Part shown: piece after piece, positions 10,931 through 19,693 of the stretch | Layout: the number at the start of each line of letters is the position of its first letter | Position numbering within the stretch: the stretch's first letter is position 1 | Origin: Bacteroidota bacterium | GTDB lineage: Bacteria; Bacteroidota; Bacteroidia; AKYH767-A; 2013-40CM-41-45 | Length of the DNA: 64,000 nt | Assembly: GCA_043783155.1 (NCBI GenBank) | Contig: JAYVZS010000065.1 | Coordinates: forward strand, 5,480 to 69,479 | Reading direction: 5' to 3' | Notes under the pieces: model-generated | The model's input: only the letters and a program-made list of their open reading frames with translations | The model's database searches: none | Told to the model about the DNA's origin: nothing | Translations under genes and position numbers: made by a program

Positions 10931-11142
10931 GCAGCCGACAATATTGAAGTAAAAACTTTTTGAAGGGCGTCAGTAAGTTAGTAGCATGCAAGTAATAAAA
11001 TTCAACTTGAAAAAATTGCAACTGAGGAAAAAGGAATTTGTAGAGAGTCTATTGTTGCAATTTTTTATGCGAGCAGAATGCTTTCTAATATCTTCAAAAA
11101 AGCTCTTTAATTCCTACATCTTTATGCGAAAGCCGTTGGTGC
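10931..11142. repeat. Long imperfect fold-back, attC-like
   Basis: Nested inverted pairs: GCAGCCGAC(10931)/GTTGGTGC(11135), TTTTTGAAG(10957)/CTTCAAAAA(11092), and a perfect 13-bp pair AAAAAATTGCAAC(11010)/GTTGCAATTTTTT(11054). Confidence 0.55.
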
Positions 11143-11208
11143 TACGAATACCATATATTAACGAAGGAATGTGTTCAAATACTTAAACTAAATTCGAATT
11201 ATCAATTT

Positions 11209-11814
11209 ATGTTTACAATAACCAAAGATGAATTTCTATACCATATAAAAGAAGACCCCAATTGCGGACTATCTACATTTTTAAGATTCTCCGAAATAAA
11301 TGATATTAAAGAAACCTTTTTAAAATGGTATTCAAGTGTAGCATCAACTTTCGCTAATAATAATTCTTTGAAAACAAATTCTACTGATTTTCAAAAACAC
11401 TCTGATAAATTAATCGAAATGGAAGGCGGTGGCATGTGCTACAATAATTCACAAAAAATACTAATTATGGATGATACGTTTTCATACTGTGAAGGATTTT
11501 ATTCTACAAACCATCATTCTACTTTCAAGCCGATTTCAAATCACGCCTTCAATTCTAAATGTTACAAGATAGCAGATTTTACAGTTACGTTAAATGAGAC
11601 GATAACTTCATATTTTTATTTTGGAATTTCAATCCCTAATAAAGATGCGATTAAGTTACTGGAAATTGCGCTTGCGGATTCAAATAAAATACTTGACTCA
11701 AAGAGTGCTGTACTCTCTCTAACTATTCCTTATTTTCTGTTACTAACTGAAGGTGAAGATTTCTTAAGAAATAAAAAGTGGTATTTTACGCCTCCTGACA
11801 TGATAAATAACTGA
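11209..11814 (+). CDS. Hypothetical protein (AT-rich orphan)
   Basis: 201-aa ORF with ATG start; no family recognised. Confidence 0.6.
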   Translation: MFTITKDEFLYHIKEDPNCGLSTFLRFSEINDIKETFLKWYSSVASTFANNNSLKTNSTDFQKHSDKLIEMEGGGMCYNNSQKILIMDDTFSYCEGFYSTNHHSTFKPISNHAFNSKCYKIADFTVTLNETITSYFYFGISIPNKDAIKLLEIALADSNKILDSKSAVLSLTIPYFLLLTEGEDFLRNKKWYFTPPDMINN

Positions 11815-11940
11815 TTGAATAAAATATTTTATTTGTTGAACCTACATATTGAAAATCTAATTATTAAACTAAAACAAAATGAAAAGTAAATTATTTATTC
11901 TTTTCCTTTTAACGGGCAACAAAATGTTAAACAGAACCTG

Positions 11941-12238
11941 GTAGTGTCTCAGTCCGAAATCTTCCTGACTTAAAACATCTTTACATGAAAGGTACAGATT
12001 GAGGCATAGAATAAGAACAAAGAGAAAGATCGTCCCTATGGGACTTTAGATTTCCCTATTTTGTTCTTTACCAAAAGGGCGTCCTTACAGGACTTAATAA
12101 GACAGAATAGCTCCGTAGGAGCGTCCCTTTGGTAATCAATAGAAATACATAAACACAAGTCCCGTAGGGACGGTCTTTTGTTTTTAGTAGCTGGAAAGCG
12201 AGTGAGAACAACATGGAGATTTCAAACTGAGACACAAC
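11941..12238. mobile_element. GTAGTG-bounded REP/MITE-like element B carrying four short palindromes
   Basis: 22-bp terminal inverted repeats with 3 mismatches (GTAGTGTCTCAGTCCGAAATCT / AGATTTCAAACTGAGACACAAC). Internal palindromes GTCCCTATGGGAC (12032), GTCCTTACAGGAC (12081), GCTCCGTAGGAGC (12110), GTCCCGTAGGGAC (12159). Confidence 0.7.
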
Positions 12239-12311
12239 CCGGAACCCTGTTATTTTGTCCTCCGGATTTATTTTCATAGTTTTAATTTCCAAAACGCAAA
12301 AATACCCGGCA

Positions 12312-13133
12312 TTGAAAAAACTGTACTCGTTAATTTTGTTGATGTTGTCATACGCAACAACCCATGCTCAGAGTTTTCAAAACCCTTCATTGGAATCGTG
12401 GGGACCTTCTACTACATGCCCGGTAAACACAGCACCTGATAACTGGACGAATTTCTCGAACACCGGTGTCGGGCCGGACAAAGGCGATTTTCTGATTTGT
12501 CCTTCCACGATACCCACGCATGCGTCAGACGGACATGTGTACGCACGGATGCTTGCGGGAAACAATATTTCAGGAGAAGGAATGTCTCAGACCATTTCAG
12601 GTTTTTGCGTTGGCTGTGAATATACACTCACATTTGATTATGCCGGTTCTAATTTATGGGGAGGAACGGATGATATTCGGTTTCATATTTTCAAAGATGG
12701 ACTTCGGGTAGATTCAACACCCGATTTTCATTCCACAGATACTGCATGGACTACTTTCTATTATTCTTTTAATGCCACTTCTTCAACTCATACGTTTGGT
12801 TTCAGATGTTACACTGCGCATCATCCTTTCGGCGGAGGCAGCGGAGGCATTGATAATTTTAGAATCACAAATCCGACAGGAATAAAATCTCCCGGATCAA
12901 ATGCTGATGTTGATGTGTTTCCAAATCCGTTTCAGAATATTCTGACGATCAAAACAAACCACTCTTCAGAGTATGAGATTACCTTATGTGACATGATTGG
13001 AAGGCCGGTACTGCAGCAATCATTTTCAAATAGCGTTACCTTAAATACCGAAGCACTTGCGAAAGGAATTTATATCTACGAGGTGAAGAATAAAAACGAA
13101 GTTCTTAAAAAGGGCAAGGTTGTGAGCGACTGA
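12312..13133 (+). CDS. T9SS type A sorting domain protein with a carbohydrate-binding-like jelly-roll domain
   Basis: Signal peptide (TTG start, KKLYSLILLMLSYATTHAQ), FQNPSLE...GIDNF jelly-roll pattern, and CTD (VFPNPFQN...LAKGIYIYEV). Confidence 0.85.
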   Translation: MKKLYSLILLMLSYATTHAQSFQNPSLESWGPSTTCPVNTAPDNWTNFSNTGVGPDKGDFLICPSTIPTHASDGHVYARMLAGNNISGEGMSQTISGFCVGCEYTLTFDYAGSNLWGGTDDIRFHIFKDGLRVDSTPDFHSTDTAWTTFYYSFNATSSTHTFGFRCYTAHHPFGGGSGGIDNFRITNPTGIKSPGSNADVDVFPNPFQNILTIKTNHSSEYEITLCDMIGRPVLQQSFSNSVTLNTEALAKGIYIYEVKNKNEVLKKGKVVSD

Positions 13134-13520
13134 TATGTAACTGCCATTTGAATTTACGTTTCAGAATGAGAAGTCTTAGGAATGAGAACAGTTAGCAGAA
13201 ATTGATCTTAATCCGACAAGTGCATCACCTCTTGAAATTATTTCCCTCAGCGTGAAATAAAATAATAGTTTGGATTGAGATGTTTTTAAAAAATCGAAAC
13301 GGAACCCCTACCCGTTTTTCTCCTGAATCTTCCATGAATCCATTTTGTTTACCTGATGTATATCCCTTTTGTGACGGATGTACACCTGATGTCCACCTCA
13401 GAAAATTGCATTTCGCCAAGGTGCTGATGTAGTTTTACAGCGTTCGTTTTTGTAACGAGTAGTGGCAACAAAAAATTAAACAATAAAAATCATTTATCAA
13501 AACACTAAATTTACAAACCC

Positions 13521-14444
13521 ATGAAAAGGCTCTTTACACTCTTAGTTATCGCTTTCACTTTAAAAGCGACACATACACAGGCTCAAACAGTTTTTAACAG
13601 CGGATTCGAGTATCTCAACTACGATGGATCCATCAGCAACTGGGGAAACGTTTACATACTTAATGCCGGTGATTCTATTGTTTGGGACAACCAGTCTTAT
13701 GCTTCTACAAACGATGCTTATAGCGGAACAAAGGCAATGGAACTTAGCAATGCATGGAACTTTACATCGAATACCGGCATTGCAGGACTGGCGGCGGTTG
13801 ATGACGATACTGTTTTCAGTTCATGGTCATCGCTTAATTTAGTGAGTACGAATAGTACGACATTCACTCCCTTCACACCTGCCAACTTCGGTTTTTATTT
13901 TAAATATTTTCCGGTGAATAACGATTCAGCTTGTGGACGCATTACCTTATGGGACAGTCTCGGCAATCAATTGGGAGAAGGGCTGGCAGTGATTACAGGA
14001 ACCTATAACAGTTACACGCAGATCGTAGCCCCGATTGTTTACACCGCGCCCGGCGATGTTGCATTTTACAGCATGAGCTTCACCACGTTTTTTTCTCTTG
14101 CCCCGGGTTCTCATCAGCCATCTTTTGGAACTCGTTTATTCGTTGACAACATTACATTTAACAACACAATCAGTGGTGGTATTGCTGGTATTAAGACGAT
14201 CCTCAACAATGAACAAATTGAAGTTTATCCGAATCCTGCCCTCAATCAAATCAGTATTAAAACGGAGATAGAAACGGAGATGCAGTTTTATGTATACAAT
14301 GTATTCGGGCAGGTTTTGTTACAGGGTTTGATTGACCCGGCACAACCAACCATCTCATTGGAAAAAATAGCCAGCGGATTTTATACAATTGAGGTGAGAT
14401 CGGAGCATAAAATTGGGCGACACAGTTTTGTTGTTAGCAGGTAA
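13521..14444 (+). CDS. T9SS type A sorting domain protein
   Basis: Signal peptide, FNSGFE...LFVDNI jelly-roll pattern, and CTD (VYPNPALN...IASGFYTIEV). Confidence 0.88.
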   Translation: MKRLFTLLVIAFTLKATHTQAQTVFNSGFEYLNYDGSISNWGNVYILNAGDSIVWDNQSYASTNDAYSGTKAMELSNAWNFTSNTGIAGLAAVDDDTVFSSWSSLNLVSTNSTTFTPFTPANFGFYFKYFPVNNDSACGRITLWDSLGNQLGEGLAVITGTYNSYTQIVAPIVYTAPGDVAFYSMSFTTFFSLAPGSHQPSFGTRLFVDNITFNNTISGGIAGIKTILNNEQIEVYPNPALNQISIKTEIETEMQFYVYNVFGQVLLQGLIDPAQPTISLEKIASGFYTIEVRSEHKIGRHSFVVSR

Positions 14445-14519
14445 TCCAAAACTGCACCTCTGCGTGAAACATTTTACCAAATGCGAGTTGGATGAGTATT
14501 GTTGTGGTTACTCCTGAAT

Positions 14520-15131
14520 TTATTCTGTTACAACGATCAATGCATAAATTGCTCCCGGTAACCAAAAGAGTAAAGTCAGCAACAGGCAAATCCAGAATTT
14601 ATCCACGATACCAAATTTTAATGCGACACCAATCGGCGGAATCAGAATACAGAAAAGAATAATGACCCAAAAAGGCGCGCTGCTTGAATTGCGGTTGGCT
14701 TCATCCGATGTTTCATCCGCGGAAGTTGAATAAGGGACGAATGTATATTCTTCTGTTATCTTTTCGGGTTTTACATAATTTGAATTCGTACCCGCATAAT
14801 AATTTATAGCAGCAGGAACATTTTGTTTTTTCTTTTTTTCGGAAACAGGAGCAGGTACCGGAATCTCGTTTGACGTGGTGAATACGTTATTTTCCTGGCG
14901 GGAACTTTTAACATCTTTATGAATTGTTCCCGCTGCCGTTTTAACCGGAGGAAGAGAAGATAATTTCTCCCTCACCTTCGGTTGAACAGGTTTGCTGGAA
15001 CCAAGATCAACAAAATAGCCGCTGCGGTAATGTCGTTTCGTAATAGAGATGTCAGCTAACCGCGCACAGGATGAAAACATCAGGCATCCCGCAACTAATA
15101 AAATCGAATAATAAGTAGTTTTTATTTTCAT
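14520..15131 (-). CDS. YqaE/Pmp3 family membrane protein with a lipoprotein-like N-terminus
   Basis: Lipobox-like FSSC, low-complexity linker, and C-terminal Pmp3 pattern ILIPPIGV...FWICLLLTLLFWLPGAIYAL. Confidence 0.85.
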   Translation of the reverse strand: MKIKTTYYSILLVAGCLMFSSCARLADISITKRHYRSGYFVDLGSSKPVQPKVREKLSSLPPVKTAAGTIHKDVKSSRQENNVFTTSNEIPVPAPVSEKKKKQNVPAAINYYAGTNSNYVKPEKITEEYTFVPYSTSADETSDEANRNSSSAPFWVIILFCILIPPIGVALKFGIVDKFWICLLLTLLFWLPGAIYALIVVTE

Positions 15132-15205
15132 GTTAGATTTTTTTTGTTAGAAACGGTATATAATATAGTTGAAAAAATTAGTGTAGCGCCTGGTTCTTAG
15201 TGAAC

Positions 15206-15269
15206 CTTAGTGTTCTTAGTGTCTCAGTGGTTATTCTTTCTTTACCACTGAGACACTAAGAACTCTAAG
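15206..15269. repeat. 26-bp-arm intergenic hairpin (REP-like)
   Basis: CTTAGTGTTCTTAGTGTCTCAGTGGT / ACCACTGAGACACTAAGAACTCTAAG, 1 mismatch, 12-nt loop. Confidence 0.85.
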
Positions 15270-15400
15270 AGAGTCTCTGATTCTGAATGTAAAATATTTT
15301 AATAAAACACCGAATATTTTTTAGTCATTTAAAGAGTGAGCATTTTAATTTCAGATAATCTTGTATACAGGAGTTAAAATTTATCGCAGACAAAACCGTT

Positions 15401-15991
15401 TCAAAACTCAATTCCCAATCCTAAAATAAACTGATCAGGTGTTTGGAAGGTAGCAGTTGAAGAGGTCGATCCGTTGTTTTTAATTCCTTGGTAACTCGCT
15501 GTCAGGTTCAGTATTCCCAATTTGGCATTCGCTCCGATGCGATAACCCAACCCACCTTTGGTAAGTTCAATTTGATTACCGTTAAAATCCTTCGTTTCAA
15601 AAAGTAGATAATTGTAAACAGGACCTCCTTCCACACTAAGCGCAGGAAAGAGATTGAATCCAAACAAAACAGGAATCAATAATTTCCCGGCATGAAAAGT
15701 TACATCTTGATCTACTTCGTTGGCGCGATATGAAAGGGTTCCTCCCTGGTAATCCAGCAATAATTTTGGTTTCACGTAAAGAGGGCCGATAGGTAAACGC
15801 ATAAATATGCCTGCTTCATAACCGAAGATTCCGCTTCCATTTATAGCATTTGTAAATTCATTCCTGATGTCTGTAATTTTTACAGAGGAGGTTGTAACGG
15901 CAACCTCAAAACCTCCTGAAGCCTGTGCTGTTAAATGTGAGGAGATGAATAAGCACACAGCGACAATCGAAATCCTGATGGATGTTTTCAT
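15401..15991 (-). CDS. Outer membrane beta-barrel (porin family) protein
   Basis: Signal peptide, alternating amphipathic strands (GYEAGIFMR, IPVLFGF, GPVYNYL), and terminal LGLGIEF. Confidence 0.85.
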   Translation of the reverse strand: MKTSIRISIVAVCLFISSHLTAQASGGFEVAVTTSSVKITDIRNEFTNAINGSGIFGYEAGIFMRLPIGPLYVKPKLLLDYQGGTLSYRANEVDQDVTFHAGKLLIPVLFGFNLFPALSVEGGPVYNYLLFETKDFNGNQIELTKGGLGYRIGANAKLGILNLTASYQGIKNNGSTSSTATFQTPDQFILGLGIEF

Positions 15992-16384
15992 GATAATTTA
16001 TTTTTATCCATATTACTTCTAAAATGATTCCAATTGAAAATCATGCTTAAACGAACAAATTACAATTGATGAGTGTAAAAAATTCCCCATTTTGTTGATT
16101 TTTTTTTCGCAATGCTTTTAATTTCAGTGGAACGATAATTTAAGTGCAAAGGTGGTGGTTGGTGAGGATAGATATGTTATAAAATTAAAGTTATAAGTTA
16201 CATGATTTACTGTTTTTTCATAACAGGTGCAGTTCAGGAAATGTGTGAATCATGTAATCTATTTAGGAAATTGTATAACATTTTTCATTCTAAAGACATT
16301 CACTTTTACAGTAAAAATAAGTTGTGATGCACGATGCGTCACATAATTATCTGAAGGAATAGATGTGTCTCAAAATACCAATAG

Positions 16385-17011
16385 ATGAAAAAAGTTTTTG
16401 TGCTTCTGTTTTTATATCTTTTAATAACGTCCATTGTATCTGCACAGGTGGGAGAAAAGAGTCCGATCGTCCGGTTCCTTGCAAAAAGAGGTTATACATT
16501 TCCAGTGTTAGCCGATAAAAAAATTAGTTTGGATACTCTGAAAAAATGGCCTGACACGCTTTACTACAATACGGTTTATAAAGCCAAACTATTAGGATCT
16601 CCCACCATTCCGATTTCATTCAGCCGAATTGAATACATCAATGGCAGTTACGAGGTAAGCCCGACAATCAGCATTGGCTATGGTTATACTTGGTTTACCG
16701 GAGATTTTATTTTCAATGAGAATGATAAAATCACTGTTGATCCTTCGTTTTTCTTTGGAGTAATATCAGATGTGGCCCTCCAAAATAATTTCAGTTTTAA
16801 AAAATTGACGGGATTTTTTACAGGAGGATTTATCGGTTTTGGAAATTTCTCTTTGTTCGCGGGATATGATTTTATCAGCAGTTCCGCTGCTATTGGCCTG
16901 GGTGGAAGAATTGATTTATATACGGTTTCTCAAACGGCCCTTCATCCAATTGGAAAGGTGTATGAGGAAAGAAGGCATAAGAAAATTGCTACTCCAATTG
17001 AGAATGAATAA
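16385..17011 (+). CDS. Hypothetical exported protein, possibly an outer-membrane beta-stranded protein
   Basis: Signal peptide MKKVFVLLFLYLLITSIVSAQ; Gly/aromatic-rich strands. Confidence 0.7.
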   Translation: MKKVFVLLFLYLLITSIVSAQVGEKSPIVRFLAKRGYTFPVLADKKISLDTLKKWPDTLYYNTVYKAKLLGSPTIPISFSRIEYINGSYEVSPTISIGYGYTWFTGDFIFNENDKITVDPSFFFGVISDVALQNNFSFKKLTGFFTGGFIGFGNFSLFAGYDFISSSAAIGLGGRIDLYTVSQTALHPIGKVYEERRHKKIATPIENE

Positions 17012-17353
17012 AATGGGAATTGTTGAGGGCTGAATCCAACGTGTTATCTGCGTAAAATTAGTTGGATGAAGAGATAGGTTTCTGATAAAACAAGTTAAAA
17101 TAAAACGGATATGACAATGGCATGGTGGGGTGGTTTAGCAATTGCAGTTTTGATAGTTGGCTTGCTATACAAGTTGCGTAAGACGAAATAAAAGTTGGTT
17201 GATATTGGTAATTGAAATTCCGGTACTGTCAGGTGTTTCATCCGATAGAGCTCAATTATAATGACGCGTAATTCAACGGGCGACTGCATCGCTTCGTCAC
17301 CCTCAATCTAACATCCAATTTTCAGCTCCCATTTTAATTTCTACTTTTAACGG

Positions 17354-19225
17354 ATGAAATTTATTACCGTTATTCTCTTCTGCCTCGTTGTATTCAACTC
17401 ATGCAACCAGGATCCATCACACCATCAGCAATCAAACGAACAAACCATGCACGTAACCGATCCACATTCTTTCGCGAAACCAGATGAAGTTGTTGTAAAA
17501 CATCTTGCACTTGACATCACCGTCGACTTCGATAAAAAAATTGTTTCAGGTAAAGCCACCTGCGAAATTCAAAACAAACAGAAAGCCGGGCAGGTTATTT
17601 TTGATACGCGCGGTCTTACCATCGAAAAAGTAATGCTCGACGACAAGGAAACTACAACGTTTAAGTTGGGAGAGGAAGTAAAATTCATTGGACAATCCTT
17701 AACTGTAAACTGTAAACCGGAAACAAAAAGTATCTCCATCTATTATTCAACAAGTCGGGATGCTGCTGCTTTACAATGGCTGACGAAAGAACAGACAGCG
17801 GGAAAAAAGTTCCCGTTCTTTTTCACGCAATCGGAAGCAATACTGGCGCGCACATGGGTTCCGATCCAGGATAGTCCCGGAATTCGTTTCACTTATTCCG
17901 CGACCGTTCATGTTCCGAAAGGGTTGATGGCTGCGATGAGTGCGGGAAATCCGCAGGAAAAAAATGCTGCTGGAGTGTATCACTTCGACATGCCGCAACC
18001 GATTCCTGCTTACTTACTTGCGCTCGCTGTTGGTGATTTTGTTTTCAAATCAATCGGTAAACGAAGCGGGGTGTATGCTGAACCTGTTACCATTGATAAG
18101 TCAGTCTATGAATTCGCGGATCTTGAAAAAATGATTGACACTGCGGAAAAATTATACGGACCGTATGAATGGGGACGTTATGATCTCATTGTTCTTCCGC
18201 CAAGTTTTCCTTTTGGTGGAATGGAAAATCCACGACTTACTTTTTGCACACCGACTATTCTCGCCGGCGATCGCTCGCTCGTAAGTTTAGTTGCGCATGA
18301 ACTTGCTCACTCCTGGAGCGGTAACTTGGTGACGAATGCGACATGGAACGACTTCTGGATGAATGAGGGCTTCACTGTTTATTTTGAAAACCGGATCATG
18401 GAAGCACTCTATGGAAAATCGTTTGCCGACATGCAGGCATTGTTAGGATTGGAGGATCTGAAAGAAACAATGGGTGAACTGGGTGATACCAGCGAAGACA
18501 CGCACCTCAAATTAAATCTTGCTGGTCGGGATCCTGATGACGGAATGAACGATGTGGCATACGAGAAAGGACATTTTCTTTTGTTGCTGATTGAACAAAC
18601 TGTTGGAAGAGTTAGGTTCGATGCCTTCTTGAAAAATTATTTCCAGAAACATAAATTTCAAACCATCACCACCGAACAGTTTTTAGCGGAATACAAAAGT
18701 GAGTTGGTGAAAGACGACAGTGCAGAAGCAAAAAAGATTGACATTGAAAAATGGATTTACGAGCCGGGCATTCCTGAAAATTGTCCGAAGATAGTTTCAG
18801 AACGTTTCAATGCAGTTGATTCAATAGTGGAAGAGTGGAAGAAAGGGACTGCCGTGAAAAATCTGAACACGAAAAATTTTGAAAGCAATGAATGGCAGCG
18901 GTTCATCAGAAAATTACCGGAGAACATGACGTCTTCAAAAATGAAAGAGCTTGATGACGCGTATCATTTTACCATTTCCGGTAATTCAGAAATCCTCGGA
19001 GTGTGGCTGGAACACGTCATCAACAGCAAGTACGAGGCCGGTTATCCTGCATTGGAAATTTTTTTAGAAAACGTTGGTAGAAGAAAATTCTGCAAACCGC
19101 TCTACGCAGATCTTGCAAAAACACCTGACGGACTCATACTTGCAAAAAAAATCTACACCAAAGCCCGGATGAATTATCACAGTATTACTCAAGGTACCAT
19201 TGATGAGATATTGGGGTGGAAATAA
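17354..19225 (+). CDS. M1 family aminopeptidase (leukotriene A4 hydrolase-like), lipoprotein
   Basis: GGMEN exopeptidase motif, HELAH zinc motif, NEGFT, YEKG; lipobox-like FNSC. Confidence 0.95.
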   Translation: MKFITVILFCLVVFNSCNQDPSHHQQSNEQTMHVTDPHSFAKPDEVVVKHLALDITVDFDKKIVSGKATCEIQNKQKAGQVIFDTRGLTIEKVMLDDKETTTFKLGEEVKFIGQSLTVNCKPETKSISIYYSTSRDAAALQWLTKEQTAGKKFPFFFTQSEAILARTWVPIQDSPGIRFTYSATVHVPKGLMAAMSAGNPQEKNAAGVYHFDMPQPIPAYLLALAVGDFVFKSIGKRSGVYAEPVTIDKSVYEFADLEKMIDTAEKLYGPYEWGRYDLIVLPPSFPFGGMENPRLTFCTPTILAGDRSLVSLVAHELAHSWSGNLVTNATWNDFWMNEGFTVYFENRIMEALYGKSFADMQALLGLEDLKETMGELGDTSEDTHLKLNLAGRDPDDGMNDVAYEKGHFLLLLIEQTVGRVRFDAFLKNYFQKHKFQTITTEQFLAEYKSELVKDDSAEAKKIDIEKWIYEPGIPENCPKIVSERFNAVDSIVEEWKKGTAVKNLNTKNFESNEWQRFIRKLPENMTSSKMKELDDAYHFTISGNSEILGVWLEHVINSKYEAGYPALEIFLENVGRRKFCKPLYADLAKTPDGLILAKKIYTKARMNYHSITQGTIDEILGWK

Positions 19226-19317
19226 GTCAGTAAAATTTTTTATCTGATCCCTCGTCTTCTGGACTCTTTATCCAACCATTCAGTCATTTTACCTTTATAA
19301 TTTTTTAAATACTATTT

Positions 19318-19478
19318 CACTACTGTCCGACAAAAAAGATACTCACCTCTTGAAACATCTATCGATAGCAGGGATTAGCCCCTCTCCCTCAGAGAGGGGT
19401 TGGGATGAGGTCAATAAGGCAGAAACCAATGGTGACGGCATATTCAAAGCGACAAAAAATATTCCCCGGACAATAGTG
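19318..19478. mobile_element. 161-bp MITE-like element, copy 1
   Basis: Terminal inverted repeats CACTACTGTCCG / CGGACAATAGTG and internal hairpin CCCCTCTC-CCTCA-GAGAGGGG. Near-identical direct copy at 23016-23175. Confidence 0.85.
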
Positions 19479-19693
19479 ATAAATTTTAATGTCATACTAT
19501 TAAAACACGGGATCAGAAGAATAGTACGCTAACCGTTTTGAGAGCTCTTAAAAAAACTTTACAATAAAGATTCTCTCCATGAACCAAAGCGTCAATCGCT
19601 TTGAGAACTTTGTAGTTTCTTCTTTGCGTCCTTTGTGGTAAAGACCTTAATTGTACTTCACGAAAAACCTCAGCCTTCGAAGCAAACTAAGCA

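Noticed and set aside
12028-12175. Possible mini-CRISPR array
   Set aside because: The palindromes are 13 bp, non-identical, arranged in inverted pairs with irregular spacing, and no cas genes are present.
12068-12292. 74-aa minus-strand ORF
   Set aside because: It lies within repeat element B and has no recognisable protein features.
19350-19532. 60-aa ORF inside the MITE-like copy as a possible transposase fragment
   Set aside because: No DDE or HUH motifs; it is the reading-through of the hairpin sequence.
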